Shown: positions 9,232 through 18,758 of the stretch, piece after piece
How positions within the stretch are numbered: the first letter of the stretch is position 1
Layout of the letters: each line of letters starts with the position of its first letter
From: a virus
Taxonomy: Duplodnaviria > Caudoviricetes
Length of the DNA: 64,000 nt
Reading direction: 5' to 3' (one strand)
IMG/VR virus record: IMGVR_UViG_2721755486_000001
Coordinates: 1-64,000 of that record
Position numbers and translations under genes: made by a program
The notes under the pieces: model-generated
Told to the model about the DNA's origin: nothing
The model's input: the letters and a program-made list of their open reading frames with translations, nothing else
The model's database searches: none

Positions 9232-9912
9232 TCACGCGGACCGTTCGGGATCGGTGGTGCCCTTGGTCTCTGACGCAGAAGGGTCTCCAGGACGACTGGA
9301 CCTGTATGCAGCCATCACGTTCAGCGTCTGCTGCATCCGGGCGCGGTCTTCGGGCGGTGCCTCGTTCCACACGCGCTCGCAGTGCCGCGGCCAGTCACCG
9401 CCGTCGCTGTAATCCCAGGCGTACGGGGCCTTCTCCTCCCCGGTTTTGACCCGCTCCATCCGGGCCAGCAGGGTCTCCAGGTCGCACAACGGGATCACGG
9501 CCCCTGTGTACGGTTCGGGGACCTGGCCGCGGTAGGCGTCCACGGACGACCAGGCGAGGATGAAGCGGCGATGCAGCACGCCCATGGTCCAGCGGAAGGT
9601 GACCATGTACGGCTTGCGGAGCTTGCGCAGGAGCCAACCGTCCTTGCGCTGGGCATCCAGGATCCGGAGCTGCTCGACCTGCCAGCGCACGTCGTCCAGG
9701 GACGACACGGTGTGGGGCGCGAAGTCCGGGCAGTGAACCTGAAACGAACCCTCGGCCCGCTCGTCCCGGGTGCTTACGATGACCATCCCGGCCACACGCG
9801 GGATGCGAAGGGCGTCCCGCTCGCGGCCCATCACCAGCTTCACGCAGGCGTCCGGGTAGGGGTAGCGTCCCTCTTCGCAGTTCGACACGTCGTTGATGGT
9901 CTGGGCGTCCAT
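9232..9912 (-). CDS. Hypothetical protein
   Basis: 226-aa ORF with an AGGAGAG RBS, apparently in an operon with the upstream ORF. Confidence 0.7.
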   Translation of the reverse strand: MDAQTINDVSNCEEGRYPYPDACVKLVMGRERDALRIPRVAGMVIVSTRDERAEGSFQVHCPDFAPHTVSSLDDVRWQVEQLRILDAQRKDGWLLRKLRKPYMVTFRWTMGVLHRRFILAWSSVDAYRGQVPEPYTGAVIPLCDLETLLARMERVKTGEEKAPYAWDYSDGGDWPRHCERVWNEAPPEDRARMQQTLNVMAAYRSSRPGDPSASETKGTTDPERSA

Positions 9913-9937
9913 GCGCTCTCCTGGGATCAGGGGTGGA

Positions 9938-10420
9938 TCAGCAGTCTTTCAGACCGAAGCCCGGGGTCCACGGCGTGCCGTCGATCCGGTCCATGGTCCG
10001 GGTGTCGTAGGCCTTCACCACGCCGTCGTCCGGGTCGTAGTCATAGGTCACCAGGTCGAAGACCTTGGTGGTCGCAGCGGACTTCGCCAGGCTGGCCGCG
10101 TCGGCAGCGCTGCGGCGACGCAGGGCGGCATTCACCACGGCGAGGAACAGCTTCGGGGAGACGTTGATCGCCTTGGCCTGGACCACGATGAAGCCGCGCA
10201 TCAGCGCGAGGTGCTCTGGCTTGTCGGAGGTGATCAGGGCCAGCGCGGTGATCGGCGAACCGCCGGGGACCGGGACACGTACGCCCCGGGACACGAGGTT
10301 GCGGTAGTGGTCGATCGCACGGTCGATGGCCTCCTTCTGGCGCTCAGGGGCAGGCACAGCAGCGGTGGTGGCCGGGACGGTGGCGGGCAGGTTGTCGGGG
10401 ATGAGGATCAGGTCGTTCAT
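9938..10420 (-). CDS. Hypothetical protein
   Basis: MNDLILIPDN start at 10420; the longer ORF extension runs across the promoter and palindromes. Confidence 0.65.
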   Translation of the reverse strand: MNDLILIPDNLPATVPATTAAVPAPERQKEAIDRAIDHYRNLVSRGVRVPVPGGSPITALALITSDKPEHLALMRGFIVVQAKAINVSPKLFLAVVNAALRRRSAADAASLAKSAATTKVFDLVTYDYDPDDGVVKAYDTRTMDRIDGTPWTPGFGLKDC

Positions 10421-10489
10421 GATGCGGTCCGTGGGTGGTCGGGGTCGATCGTGGCGTAAGGGTTGGGTCGGTTGGGGAGGTTCGTTCGG

Positions 10490-10693
10490 ATGTGCCAGGG
10501 CACATCTTTCTGTACCTCCTACTTTTAACCTAGCAGGACCTATTGGCTCGTCAAGAGTCATAGCCCATGTACGACGGACCAGCGCAACTATTTTTGAGGG
10601 GGACGAGGCGGCGCTCACCACCCGGGAAAACACCAGCGGGAAAGGCGGTGCCTCCGGCCCAGGACGCGAGCGAATCGACGTGCCCTGGCACAG
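10490..10693 (-). promoter_or_regulatory. Backbone promoter TTGACG(10549-10554)-N16-TAGGTT bracketed by palindromes at 10490-10505 and 10678-10693
   Basis: Read directly from the sequence. Confidence 0.7.
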
Positions 10694-10785
10694 GGGCGTC
10701 AGCAACGGGAAAGGGGCCGCTAGGCCCCCGGGGTGTTGATGCGTGGTCGACGCGCGATGCTGTTGCGCGGGTCCTGCCACCACCG

Positions 10786-11076
10786 TCAGTCCGTGGAGCG
10801 GGCCTGGCGTGCGGCGTTGAACGAGGCGATCGTGGCGCGCAGGCGCTGACCGGCTTCCGCCTGGGTGTACGTCGGGCGCGCCGGGCGGATCAGGTAGGAG
10901 GGCTGAGCCTCCTGGTCCAGCTCGGGCGGCAGCGGGCGCGAGGCGTTGCGACGGGTGCCCAGCACGAGGCCGAGGTACGCGGCGCCGATGACGCCGGCGA
11001 CGATCAGCAGCGGGATGCCGGCCTGGACGAACAGGACGTCGAGCATGTCGATAACGGGGTTGGTCAGGGTGTGCAC
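10786..11076 (-). CDS. Small membrane protein
   Basis: GTG start behind GGAGGAG; transmembrane segment GIPLLIVAGVIGAAYLGLVLG. Confidence 0.6.
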   Translation of the reverse strand: MHTLTNPVIDMLDVLFVQAGIPLLIVAGVIGAAYLGLVLGTRRNASRPLPPELDQEAQPSYLIRPARPTYTQAEAGQRLRATIASFNAARQARSTD

Positions 11077-11150
11077 GGTGGTCTCCTCCGGTGTGCGGGG
11101 CCGCGGGATGCGGCCCGTGGGTTGAACAACAAAACGGTGATGCGTCTGGA

Positions 11151-11705
11151 TCAGTGGGGCATGGGGTGAATGGCCATCAGCACGTTCCGGTGCAGCGTGA
11201 CCAGCGATGCGGCGAGGCGGTCCGTCGCGGGCCAGGTCTTGGCGCAGATCCCCTTGTAGACGTCGATCTGGCGCAGCTCGGCCTGGATCCGCGCGTGCGC
11301 GGCATCGCGGCGTGCCTGGACCGTCGGCATGGTGGCCATCACCGACATCACGAGCTGCTCGTGGTTCATCGGCAGGTTCGCCAGCGGCGGATTGAAACGC
11401 GACAGCCAGTTGCGCAGGTTCGCATCGGGCTGCTTTTCCGCGTCGGCCTGGGTCGGCAACGGGGTGCGGGTCGGGTCGAGCAACGACGACGGCAGCGGCA
11501 CCACGGCCAGGCGGAGGCACGCGTCGCGGGACACCAGCGCCGGGTTGGTGGCCACCGCCTGGGCGACGATCTGCTCCGGCGTGGCGGGGGCAGGAGCGGC
11601 GGGACGACGGTGGAGGAACTTGGTCACGCCGACGGTGGCGGCGAACAGCAGGCACAGGCCGGCGAGGAGGGCAGCGCCCTGTTGGACACGAGGATCGAGC
11701 TTCAT
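11151..11705 (-). CDS. Membrane-anchored hypothetical protein
   Basis: MKLDPRVQQGAALLAGLCLLFAATVGV N-terminal transmembrane segment; start coupled to the upstream stop. Confidence 0.65.
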   Translation of the reverse strand: MKLDPRVQQGAALLAGLCLLFAATVGVTKFLHRRPAAPAPATPEQIVAQAVATNPALVSRDACLRLAVVPLPSSLLDPTRTPLPTQADAEKQPDANLRNWLSRFNPPLANLPMNHEQLVMSVMATMPTVQARRDAAHARIQAELRQIDVYKGICAKTWPATDRLAASLVTLHRNVLMAIHPMPH

Positions 11706-12298
11706 CAGTTCAAGGTCTCCCGGATGGCATTTTTCGGGTTGGCGAAGAACACATCGGCATGGGTGAACAGCCCAGGGGAGCACAGGTTCACGTGACCACC
11801 GAGCACCGTCTGCTGGAGACCTTCCGGGTCGAACTGGTTGTAGACGGGCTGAACGGCGCCGTCGCACTTGTAACCGCCCTCGATCCACCAGTGGCCCCAG
11901 CAGATCACGATGACCGCCAGGCAGAGCGCAACGAGCAGCCCCACCAGCGAAAGCCCGCCGACGAGGACGAACCGATTCCGACGGCCCCGTTTCACGTCCT
12001 GCTCGAGCTTCCAGATGTCGTTCTTCGTAAAGTCCAACGGGTCCATTTGTTCCGTGCGGCCTTCACGACGAGCCTTGGTGAAGGCATCCATCCTGTCGAT
12101 CATCCATTGGAGGTTGTTTTCACGGACGTGCTGGCGCTTGTGGAAACGCCAAAACTCCAAACCGATGACGAGCGCCACGAAGAGCAACCCGGCCATCACG
12201 ATCGGCACGAGGTCGGCCGTTCCCTGCGGGTCAAGCAGCGACGAATAAAACTTCGGCGTCGCCCAGTACGCGAAGCCCGGAAGGGTGGTGCTCAGCAT
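11705..12298 (-). CDS. Two-TM membrane protein
   Basis: ATG at 12298 with GAGGAGGAG RBS; two hydrophobic segments. Confidence 0.7.
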   Translation of the reverse strand: MLSTTLPGFAYWATPKFYSSLLDPQGTADLVPIVMAGLLFVALVIGLEFWRFHKRQHVRENNLQWMIDRMDAFTKARREGRTEQMDPLDFTKNDIWKLEQDVKRGRRNRFVLVGGLSLVGLLVALCLAVIVICWGHWWIEGGYKCDGAVQPVYNQFDPEGLQQTVLGGHVNLCSPGLFTHADVFFANPKNAIRETLN

Positions 12299-12347
12299 GA
12301 GGTCTCCTCCTCGATGGTGCCCGCGTAGCGCGTCGGGCCATGGTCTA

Positions 12348-12392
12348 CACTTAGCAGGATAAAGGGCCGTGTCAAGCCGTGCCCTGGCACGG
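12348..12392 (-). promoter_or_regulatory. Backbone promoter TTGACA-N16-TAAGTG with perfect palindrome at 12377-12392
   Basis: Palindrome lies 1 bp upstream of the -35. Confidence 0.75.
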
Positions 12393-12425
12393 AAAAGCCC
12401 GGACGGATCCGAGCTTTGGTTCAGG

Positions 12426-15400
12426 TCAGGCGGCGGTGCGTTCCGGGTCGTTGGACGCCGCCATGGCCTGCCGGCGCTCCAGCTCGTCGTAGAGCGTCTG
12501 GATGCCCTGCAACCCCGCAAACATACGGATCTGCTTGACCGAGAGCTTGCCGATGGTGTCGCAGAGGTCACGACGCGGCACCCCACCACGCTTCACGTTG
12601 ATCATGCCCACGTAGCGGTGGTTCAGCAGGGGCCAATCGTCCGAGGGGAACAGTTCGACCACGTCGCCGTTCGGGTCGGGCACATAACTGTTTTCCCCAA
12701 CCTTGTGCTTCACATAGAACCGCGGGGGCTTGTAGTCGTCGTGCTCGACGGCACCGCCCATGAACTTCCAGCTCAGCGCCCCCGCAACGCGCCGGGCCAG
12801 GCCCGAGGCGAGGGCGCCCGTGCCCCGCACAACCTCCCACAGGTTGGTGGTCACCGCGCCCACGGAGAACATCAGCGCGAGCTTGGCGAGCGACGCCGGC
12901 AGCCGGCCGGACCGGTCCTTCGGGTTGTGCAGGGCGTCACGATCCGCCTTCGTCAGAAGGACGTCCGTCGGCCGACTCAGGTCGTAGCGCAGGCGCTTGA
13001 GCATGGCCAGCCGCTGACCCGGGTTCAGCTCCGGCTTGCCGATCCTCGCGGCCTCTCGAGCCCCCTGGTGGGCGCGCTGGAAGTCGTTCGACGTGATGTC
13101 CCTGAGCGCACCCGACAGGTAGTAGTTGTAGTCGTGCACGCGCTGACGCATCAGGCGATCATTGGCCCACCCATGGCTCGCCGGCGAGGACTTCATGCTG
13201 CACCAGGAGATGAAGTTGCTCAGGAACGCCCGCGCGGAGTCCTCGCCCAGGCGAGCGTAGAACGCATCGACCGTCTGGGACGCGAACACGCACCGCAGGC
13301 CCAGCGAGCGCGCGGTGGACAGCAGCTCGCCTTCGTCCGCATGGCTGCCCTTGCCCAGAAGGATCTGGGCTTCGTCGATCATGCACAGCAGCGACCGCTG
13401 CTCGGGCCACTTGGCCTGCCAGTCGACCACGCTCCCGCGTTCCTTGACCGCGTTGAACACGCGCTTCTTGGCCAGCATGGTGATGATCTTGCCGGCCTCC
13501 TGGTACAGCGTTTCGGGCAGGGAGATCCCCACCACGGCGCCGCGCATGCACGCGAGCACGTCGCAGCCCTCTTCGAGGTAGGCCCACTCCACGAGCTTTT
13601 CGTTGCTCATGATCGGGGTGAACCAGGACGACAGCGTGGCACGGATGTCGGACCGCAGGTCCGCGCGCAGCTTGGGAAGGTCCAGCGAGGCGAACTTCAA
13701 GGCCTGGCGGATCAGCTTCCCGCGGGCGTTGTTCGCCAGCACGTCCGGGTGCTGCTGCAACCACCCAACGAGCCCGAGGCCACCCGGCACCTTCGGAGCG
13801 TCCGACGGGATCGGGATTTGGCCGGTCTGCGGGTTGGGCTGCGGCTGGATGTTCGAGATGAAGATCGAATCCTCCATCCAGGACATGGCGAAGTCGCTCA
13901 GGGTCGCAAAGTGCCAGAAGTAGTTGCGCAGGGCCGACGCGAAGGGTTCCGGTACGTCCATCTTGGAGGCCTTGCGCCAGGCGGCGTAATCGGTCCAGCG
14001 CTTGAACGTCGTGCCGTCGGTGCTCATGGTCTGGACCAGGCGGTCCAGATCGTCGGACCAGGCCCGGTAGTTCGCGAAACCGCGCTTGCGAGCTTCGGCT
14101 TCCAGCTCGATCATTTCCAGCTCCCTGGCCGTCCACAGCAGGCGGGCCGTGTGACGCAGCCAGTTCCCCGGGCTGACCGTCCAGAAGTCTTTCATGTCGC
14201 TGGCGTCGTTGTTCACGGCGAGCAGCGCGCTCGTCACCTGCTCGGGGGTCATGCCTTGCAACAGCGCGAACGGATCGCCACCCGGTTCCGGCGAAATCTG
14301 GATGATGGTCAGGATCTTGTCCAGACCCTGCTCGCGCAACGCCTTGATGATGTCGTCCGGCAGGGAACCCTTACCGTCCAGCAGCAGAGCACCACCACAG
14401 TTTTCGAACACACCGTTGCGGAACTGACCGTAAACCAGCCATTGCTGGACCAGGGGCGTGAGAATGCCGAAGGTCTTCCCGGAACCGGTCTCCCCGATCA
14501 CCAGCAGGTGGGTGGTCAGGTCGTCGTGGGCCGACAACCCCATGTACATGTCCATGTCGGGGGCCAGAGGGTCGCCCTTCACGCGTTGCAGGTAACCACG
14601 CGCCGTTCCGAGGATGATCACCGGACCGTTTTTCGCGAAGTTGGACGCAGCGTTGATCTGAGTCTGACGCATCATCATCGCGTCGTTGTCGTTCGGCGTT
14701 TGGAACGGTTCCGGGAGCTTGAACAGGCGGTCCTTTCCGGAGCGGTTGGCGATCAGCGATTCGAGGAACGGCCGGCCCAGCATCAGGGAACTGCCGGCGG
14801 CGACAACGGGCCCGGCGAACTCCGGGAAGGTCGCCGCGGCGGCGGTCTGCACCGCGAGGATGCCCATCGTGTATTGCGCGGTGGGGCGGATGATGTAGCG
14901 CCAGTTACGGCCCAGCAGGGCCAGGGTCCCGATGGCGTAGGCGGCTTGCGTCAGCACGAGGCCGGGCAGGCCCATGTGGCCCGAGGCCACGATCGCCTCG
15001 GACGCGACAGTGACCAGCGGGTGCGCGTAGAGCAGGGCGGTCTCGGCCAGGCTGGACCCGCCGTACCCGATCTCGCAGTCGTCACCGTCCACCTTCAGGA
15101 GCTGGACGAGCGGCGTTCCGTCACCCGCAACGGCGGTGTCGCCTTCCTTGTCCTGCAGGTCGAACGGGGCGCGGTTCGTGAGGGGGATCTTGCGCCGGAA
15201 ATACTCGGCGACCTGCATTTTCACGTTCTTGGTGATTCGCTCACGAGCGCGTCCCATGAGGCCGGTGTAGGCCATGCCCTGACCGGCATCCTTGAACAGA
15301 GCGGGCTTCAACCGTTCAATGAACTGCGCGGCGTTACGGTCGTAAGGCGGGGCTTTGACCTTCGGCGCGACCGCAACCGCGGTTGCGGTGTCGGTGCTGC

Positions 15401-15467
15401 TCTCGGGGGCGTTGCTGGTGGGACGATCGACCGTTTGGGTCTCGTTCTCGTGCATGGTTCCTCCCAT
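12426..15467 (-). CDS. Type IV coupling protein (TraD/TraG/VirD4-like ATPase)
   Basis: N-terminal transmembrane segments; HLLVIGETGSGKT Walker A; LLLDGKG; CMIDEAQ Walker B; ARSLGLRCVFASQTV motif typical of TraG/TraD C-terminal domains. Confidence 0.82.
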   Translation of the reverse strand: MGGTMHENETQTVDRPTSNAPESSTDTATAVAVAPKVKAPPYDRNAAQFIERLKPALFKDAGQGMAYTGLMGRARERITKNVKMQVAEYFRRKIPLTNRAPFDLQDKEGDTAVAGDGTPLVQLLKVDGDDCEIGYGGSSLAETALLYAHPLVTVASEAIVASGHMGLPGLVLTQAAYAIGTLALLGRNWRYIIRPTAQYTMGILAVQTAAAATFPEFAGPVVAAGSSLMLGRPFLESLIANRSGKDRLFKLPEPFQTPNDNDAMMMRQTQINAASNFAKNGPVIILGTARGYLQRVKGDPLAPDMDMYMGLSAHDDLTTHLLVIGETGSGKTFGILTPLVQQWLVYGQFRNGVFENCGGALLLDGKGSLPDDIIKALREQGLDKILTIIQISPEPGGDPFALLQGMTPEQVTSALLAVNNDASDMKDFWTVSPGNWLRHTARLLWTARELEMIELEAEARKRGFANYRAWSDDLDRLVQTMSTDGTTFKRWTDYAAWRKASKMDVPEPFASALRNYFWHFATLSDFAMSWMEDSIFISNIQPQPNPQTGQIPIPSDAPKVPGGLGLVGWLQQHPDVLANNARGKLIRQALKFASLDLPKLRADLRSDIRATLSSWFTPIMSNEKLVEWAYLEEGCDVLACMRGAVVGISLPETLYQEAGKIITMLAKKRVFNAVKERGSVVDWQAKWPEQRSLLCMIDEAQILLGKGSHADEGELLSTARSLGLRCVFASQTVDAFYARLGEDSARAFLSNFISWCSMKSSPASHGWANDRLMRQRVHDYNYYLSGALRDITSNDFQRAHQGAREAARIGKPELNPGQRLAMLKRLRYDLSRPTDVLLTKADRDALHNPKDRSGRLPASLAKLALMFSVGAVTTNLWEVVRGTGALASGLARRVAGALSWKFMGGAVEHDDYKPPRFYVKHKVGENSYVPDPNGDVVELFPSDDWPLLNHRYVGMINVKRGGVPRRDLCDTIGKLSVKQIRMFAGLQGIQTLYDELERRQAMAASNDPERTAA

Positions 15468-15470
15468 GGA

Positions 15471-15839
15471 TCAGTTGAAGAAGGTGTGCGCCGAGGCGGC
15501 CAGCGCCTGGGTGTAGCGGTCGTTGAGCATGAAGCTCACGACGATCAGCACCGCGCCGACGATTAGCATGCGGCGCGAGAGCCACACGCGAATGTCCCGA
15601 CGGATGAGCTGGTCGCGCACGTTGTTGCGAAGCTCGAAGCTGAACTGGGGCCGCTCGGCTGCCACGTGGTAGAAGCCTTCCCGTACGCCCAAGGCTTTGG
15701 GCGAGCCGAAGATCAGTCGACCGATGACGTCGAACACCTTGCTGCGCCAGGAAATCTCGTCGGCCAACGCGCCGAACTGCAACGTCGGGGCGCTTTTCTG
15801 GCTCGGGCTTTCGGTCGTGGTGGTGGGCGTTTGTTTCAA
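15471..15839 (-). CDS. Membrane hypothetical protein, first gene of the coupling-protein operon
   Basis: TTG start behind GAGGAGGAG; C-terminal transmembrane segment. Confidence 0.65.
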   Translation of the reverse strand: MKQTPTTTTESPSQKSAPTLQFGALADEISWRSKVFDVIGRLIFGSPKALGVREGFYHVAAERPQFSFELRNNVRDQLIRRDIRVWLSRRMLIVGAVLIVVSFMLNDRYTQALAASAHTFFN

Positions 15840-15866
15840 GGTCTCCTCCTCGTCGTTGGTCGGATC

Positions 15867-15932
15867 AACATGGCAGGTTCTGATGCCGTGTCAACCCTGC
15901 TGGTGGTGCGGTGGAGAGGTGCCGTAGCACCC
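15867..15932 (-). promoter_or_regulatory. Backbone promoter TTGACA(15889-15894)-N16-CATGTT with degenerate palindrome at 15917-15932
   Basis: Read directly from the sequence. Confidence 0.6.
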
Positions 15933-15946
15933 CTCTACTCAAGGCT

Positions 15947-17737
15947 TTACGGCTGATGGTCGTGCTGCTGAGCCCAGGCATCGAGCTTCGCGTTGGCCGC
16001 GTTGAGCTGGGCCTGCTCGCGCGCCAGGTTGTCGACGTGATGCACCACCGGCGGCCGGTGCACGGTAGGCGCTACGGCGGGCTTGGCCACCACCGGAGCG
16101 GGGGCAACCGGGGCCACGTGCGCAACAGGGGCAGCGAGCGCAGCAGGCACCGCCGGCGCAACGACGCGCGGGGTGGCCACGGGTGCAGGGACGGGGACTA
16201 CCGGAACCGCCGGTGCCGGCACGGTCGGTGGTGCGATCGGGGCAGGGGCCGCGACCACGGGAGCCGGGGCCGCGACCGGATCCGAGTTGCTCGAACCCGA
16301 ACCGATCCACACACCGGCGACGATCACCAGGAGCGCCGCCACGCCGATCACAACGGGCTTGATGTAGCTCGTCAGTCCGGCCAGGCCAGCGCTGGCGGGC
16401 TTGGCGCCCCAGGCCGCGTCGTGCGCTTCGATCCCCTCTCGGGCGGTTACGGCAACGTGCGTGCGGTTGGCCATCATGGCCAGGTTCCGACCGCCGTTGT
16501 CCACCGCGGAAGCGACGGCATCGAGGAAATCAGCGTCCATACCCATACCATCGACGGCTTTCAGCTCCGCGAAGGTGCGGGCCAGTCGCTCGTGCGCCAT
16601 CCTGTAGTTGCTTTGGGCACGGATACGGCCGTTGGAGTCGGACACGTCGTTTGCCGCGTTGTAGGCGTCGGCGGCTTCGTCGAGGGCGCGATACTCGGCT
16701 CGGGCACGTTCCCCGAGGGCTTCCACCTCGAGCATCCCGCTGAACATGCCGCGCAGCTTTTCCGCGTTCTCGATGAGCGACGCATCAGGATCCGTTTCCT
16801 CCTGGCGGTACGCGGCGAGGGCGGCCCCGAGGTCCTCCACCGCACGCCGGATGTTGCCCATGAGCGTTTGATACGCTTCGGCGTCGTCGCCAGCAAAATC
16901 GTTGAGCGCACGGCCCGCATCGGACATGCTGATCATGGCGTCGACCAGCTCAAGGCCCACGCCCGACGTCGGCAGGGACGTCTGAGGCGGAGGTTCGACG
17001 GGCTGGACCGCGACCGACTCCTCCACCGCAGCGACCGGCGCCACGCTCGGCTCAGCAACAGGGGCGGCAGCCGGAGTGGTGCCGTTGTCCGTCATGCCGT
17101 TCAGCATGTCCTCGGCCGATTCCACCTCGGGATCCCCGGGCGCGGCAACCGACGGCGCGACCGGGGAGGGCACCACCGCTGCGGCGGGAACATTGCTCGG
17201 CACCACCGTTGCAGCGGGCGCGGATTGCGCCGCCTGAACGATCGTGTCGACGTGCTGGGCACCCTTTTCGATCGCCGCGCGCAGATCGTTGAGCTTGTCG
17301 GTGATCTTGGCCTCGGCCTCGATCGCCTGGTCGGCGAGCACCACCTCATCGGGAGCACTGAACCGCGCGGTCCGCTCGCACCCCGCGTCTTCGGCCGCAT
17401 CGACGGCCTTTTCCCACGCTTGGGTGGCGTCCCGGTACGCAACTTTGGCCTCGTTCGCGCTCTTCAGCTTGACTTGGAGCTGGGTGTCCTGCGCGAACGC
17501 AACGGTCATCTGACCGGCGGGCTGCTTGCGCAGTTCGGCCATGAGCCGACTGGCCTGTTCCAGGCTCAGGTTCTGCATGAAAATGGTGGTGAGCTGACGC
17601 TGTACGTCGTCGAACGCGGCAAGCGTTTCTTGCGCGGCATCGACGTACTCCTGCGCGGCCATCTTCACGAGCACCGCTGCGGTACCCAGGTCATCCCAAG
17701 CGTAGCCGACCGCGGTCTCCAACGATTTCTTGTCCAT
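15947..17737 (-). CDS. Helical Ala/Pro-rich membrane protein
   Basis: Acidic helical domains separated by PA-rich linkers, one transmembrane segment, PA-rich C-terminal tail; GGAGGAG RBS. Confidence 0.75.
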   Translation of the reverse strand: MDKKSLETAVGYAWDDLGTAAVLVKMAAQEYVDAAQETLAAFDDVQRQLTTIFMQNLSLEQASRLMAELRKQPAGQMTVAFAQDTQLQVKLKSANEAKVAYRDATQAWEKAVDAAEDAGCERTARFSAPDEVVLADQAIEAEAKITDKLNDLRAAIEKGAQHVDTIVQAAQSAPAATVVPSNVPAAAVVPSPVAPSVAAPGDPEVESAEDMLNGMTDNGTTPAAAPVAEPSVAPVAAVEESVAVQPVEPPPQTSLPTSGVGLELVDAMISMSDAGRALNDFAGDDAEAYQTLMGNIRRAVEDLGAALAAYRQEETDPDASLIENAEKLRGMFSGMLEVEALGERARAEYRALDEAADAYNAANDVSDSNGRIRAQSNYRMAHERLARTFAELKAVDGMGMDADFLDAVASAVDNGGRNLAMMANRTHVAVTAREGIEAHDAAWGAKPASAGLAGLTSYIKPVVIGVAALLVIVAGVWIGSGSSNSDPVAAPAPVVAAPAPIAPPTVPAPAVPVVPVPAPVATPRVVAPAVPAALAAPVAHVAPVAPAPVVAKPAVAPTVHRPPVVHHVDNLAREQAQLNAANAKLDAWAQQHDHQP

Positions 17738-17802
17738 CCTCTGTCTCCTCCAGACATGTTGTAGGTGGCAGGGCGGCGATCACCGCCCTGGTCGGCCGTC
17801 GA

Positions 17803-18516
17803 TCAGACGCTCGGGACCGGCGTCAGGACGAGCTTCGCCTTCGCGGGCGAGGTGACGGTGTGCACCACGTACGTGGTGGTCTTGTTGCTGTTCGGGATCG
17901 CAGCGTCCAGGAGTCCCCGGACCCAGTTCGCGTCCCGCGCCATCACGTACACGCCGATGGTCACCGGCTTGTCGGACTTGCTGGCCAGCTCACCGGCCTT
18001 GCTGATCAGGTCGGCGACGCGCGGGTCGTGGGTCTTCATGCCGGACGGGGGAAGCCCGATGTCCGTGTGGTTCCAGGCCGGCATTTCCTTGCTGGTCGGT
18101 TTCCCGTCCTTGTCGCGGTCGTGGACCATCGCGGTCGCCACGACGACCTGCTGCTGCGCGTTCATCGCGGTCAGCTTGTCCCGCAGGACCTTTGCGCCTG
18201 CCTGCGCGTTGTCGAGCTGCTTCTGCACCGACGCGGCGTAGCTCTCCGCACCGAGCAACGCGGCACCGCCGGCGCAACCGAGACCGGCTCCGGCGAGGCC
18301 GTGGCCGGTGAGGACGCCGACCACACCGCCCACCGCAGCACCACCGAGGCACCCGATGGCAGCACCACCGGTGGCCGCCGCGCCACTCTGGCTGGAAATG
18401 CCGAGGTGATGGCCCAGCGATTCGCTGGCATCGTTGATCGACGCGCAACCGGCGGTGAGGCTGACCATCGCGGCAAGGGCCACCACGGTGACCGAGGTTT
18501 TGAGGCGTTGGGACAT
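17803..18516 (-). CDS. Lipoprotein with glycine-zipper
   Basis: Lipobox LTAGC; GGAAIG..GGAAVGGVVG glycine zipper; AGGAGG RBS. Confidence 0.75.
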   Translation of the reverse strand: MSQRLKTSVTVVALAAMVSLTAGCASINDASESLGHHLGISSQSGAAATGGAAIGCLGGAAVGGVVGVLTGHGLAGAGLGCAGGAALLGAESYAASVQKQLDNAQAGAKVLRDKLTAMNAQQQVVVATAMVHDRDKDGKPTSKEMPAWNHTDIGLPPSGMKTHDPRVADLISKAGELASKSDKPVTIGVYVMARDANWVRGLLDAAIPNSNKTTTYVVHTVTSPAKAKLVLTPVPSV

Positions 18517-18563
18517 GGGGTGATCCTCCTGAACGTTAGGGCCAGCGGATGGCCGATCACTTA

Positions 18564-18608
18564 GAACTAGCAGCTTTAGGTCCCATGTCAAACCGTGCCA
18601 GGGCACGG
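18564..18608 (-). promoter_or_regulatory. Backbone promoter TTGACA-N16-TAGTTC with perfect palindrome at 18593-18608
   Basis: Palindrome lies 1 bp upstream of the -35. Confidence 0.75.
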
Positions 18609-18685
18609 GCAAGACAACGGAAGGAGCAGGCGATCAGGCTTCGCCCCATCACCACGGGCGGGGTGCTGGCCAGACGTGCGGAAAG

Positions 18686-18714
18686 CAAAAAGGCCCCGGG
18701 GCGAACCCGGGGCC
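18686..18714 (-). terminator. Intrinsic terminator after the large protein gene
   Basis: GGCCCCGGG-gcgaa-CCCGGGGCC hairpin with an A-tract on the + strand. Confidence 0.7.
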
Positions 18715-18758
18715 AGCGACCCTGACCATGCCGGACAAGGCCGAGGAGACGCTGTGGA

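Noticed and set aside
10420-10510. AGGAGG followed by an ATG inside the palindrome at 10490-10505 (possible leader peptide, minus strand)
   Set aside because: It is out of frame with the downstream gene, gives a low-complexity product and has no independent support.
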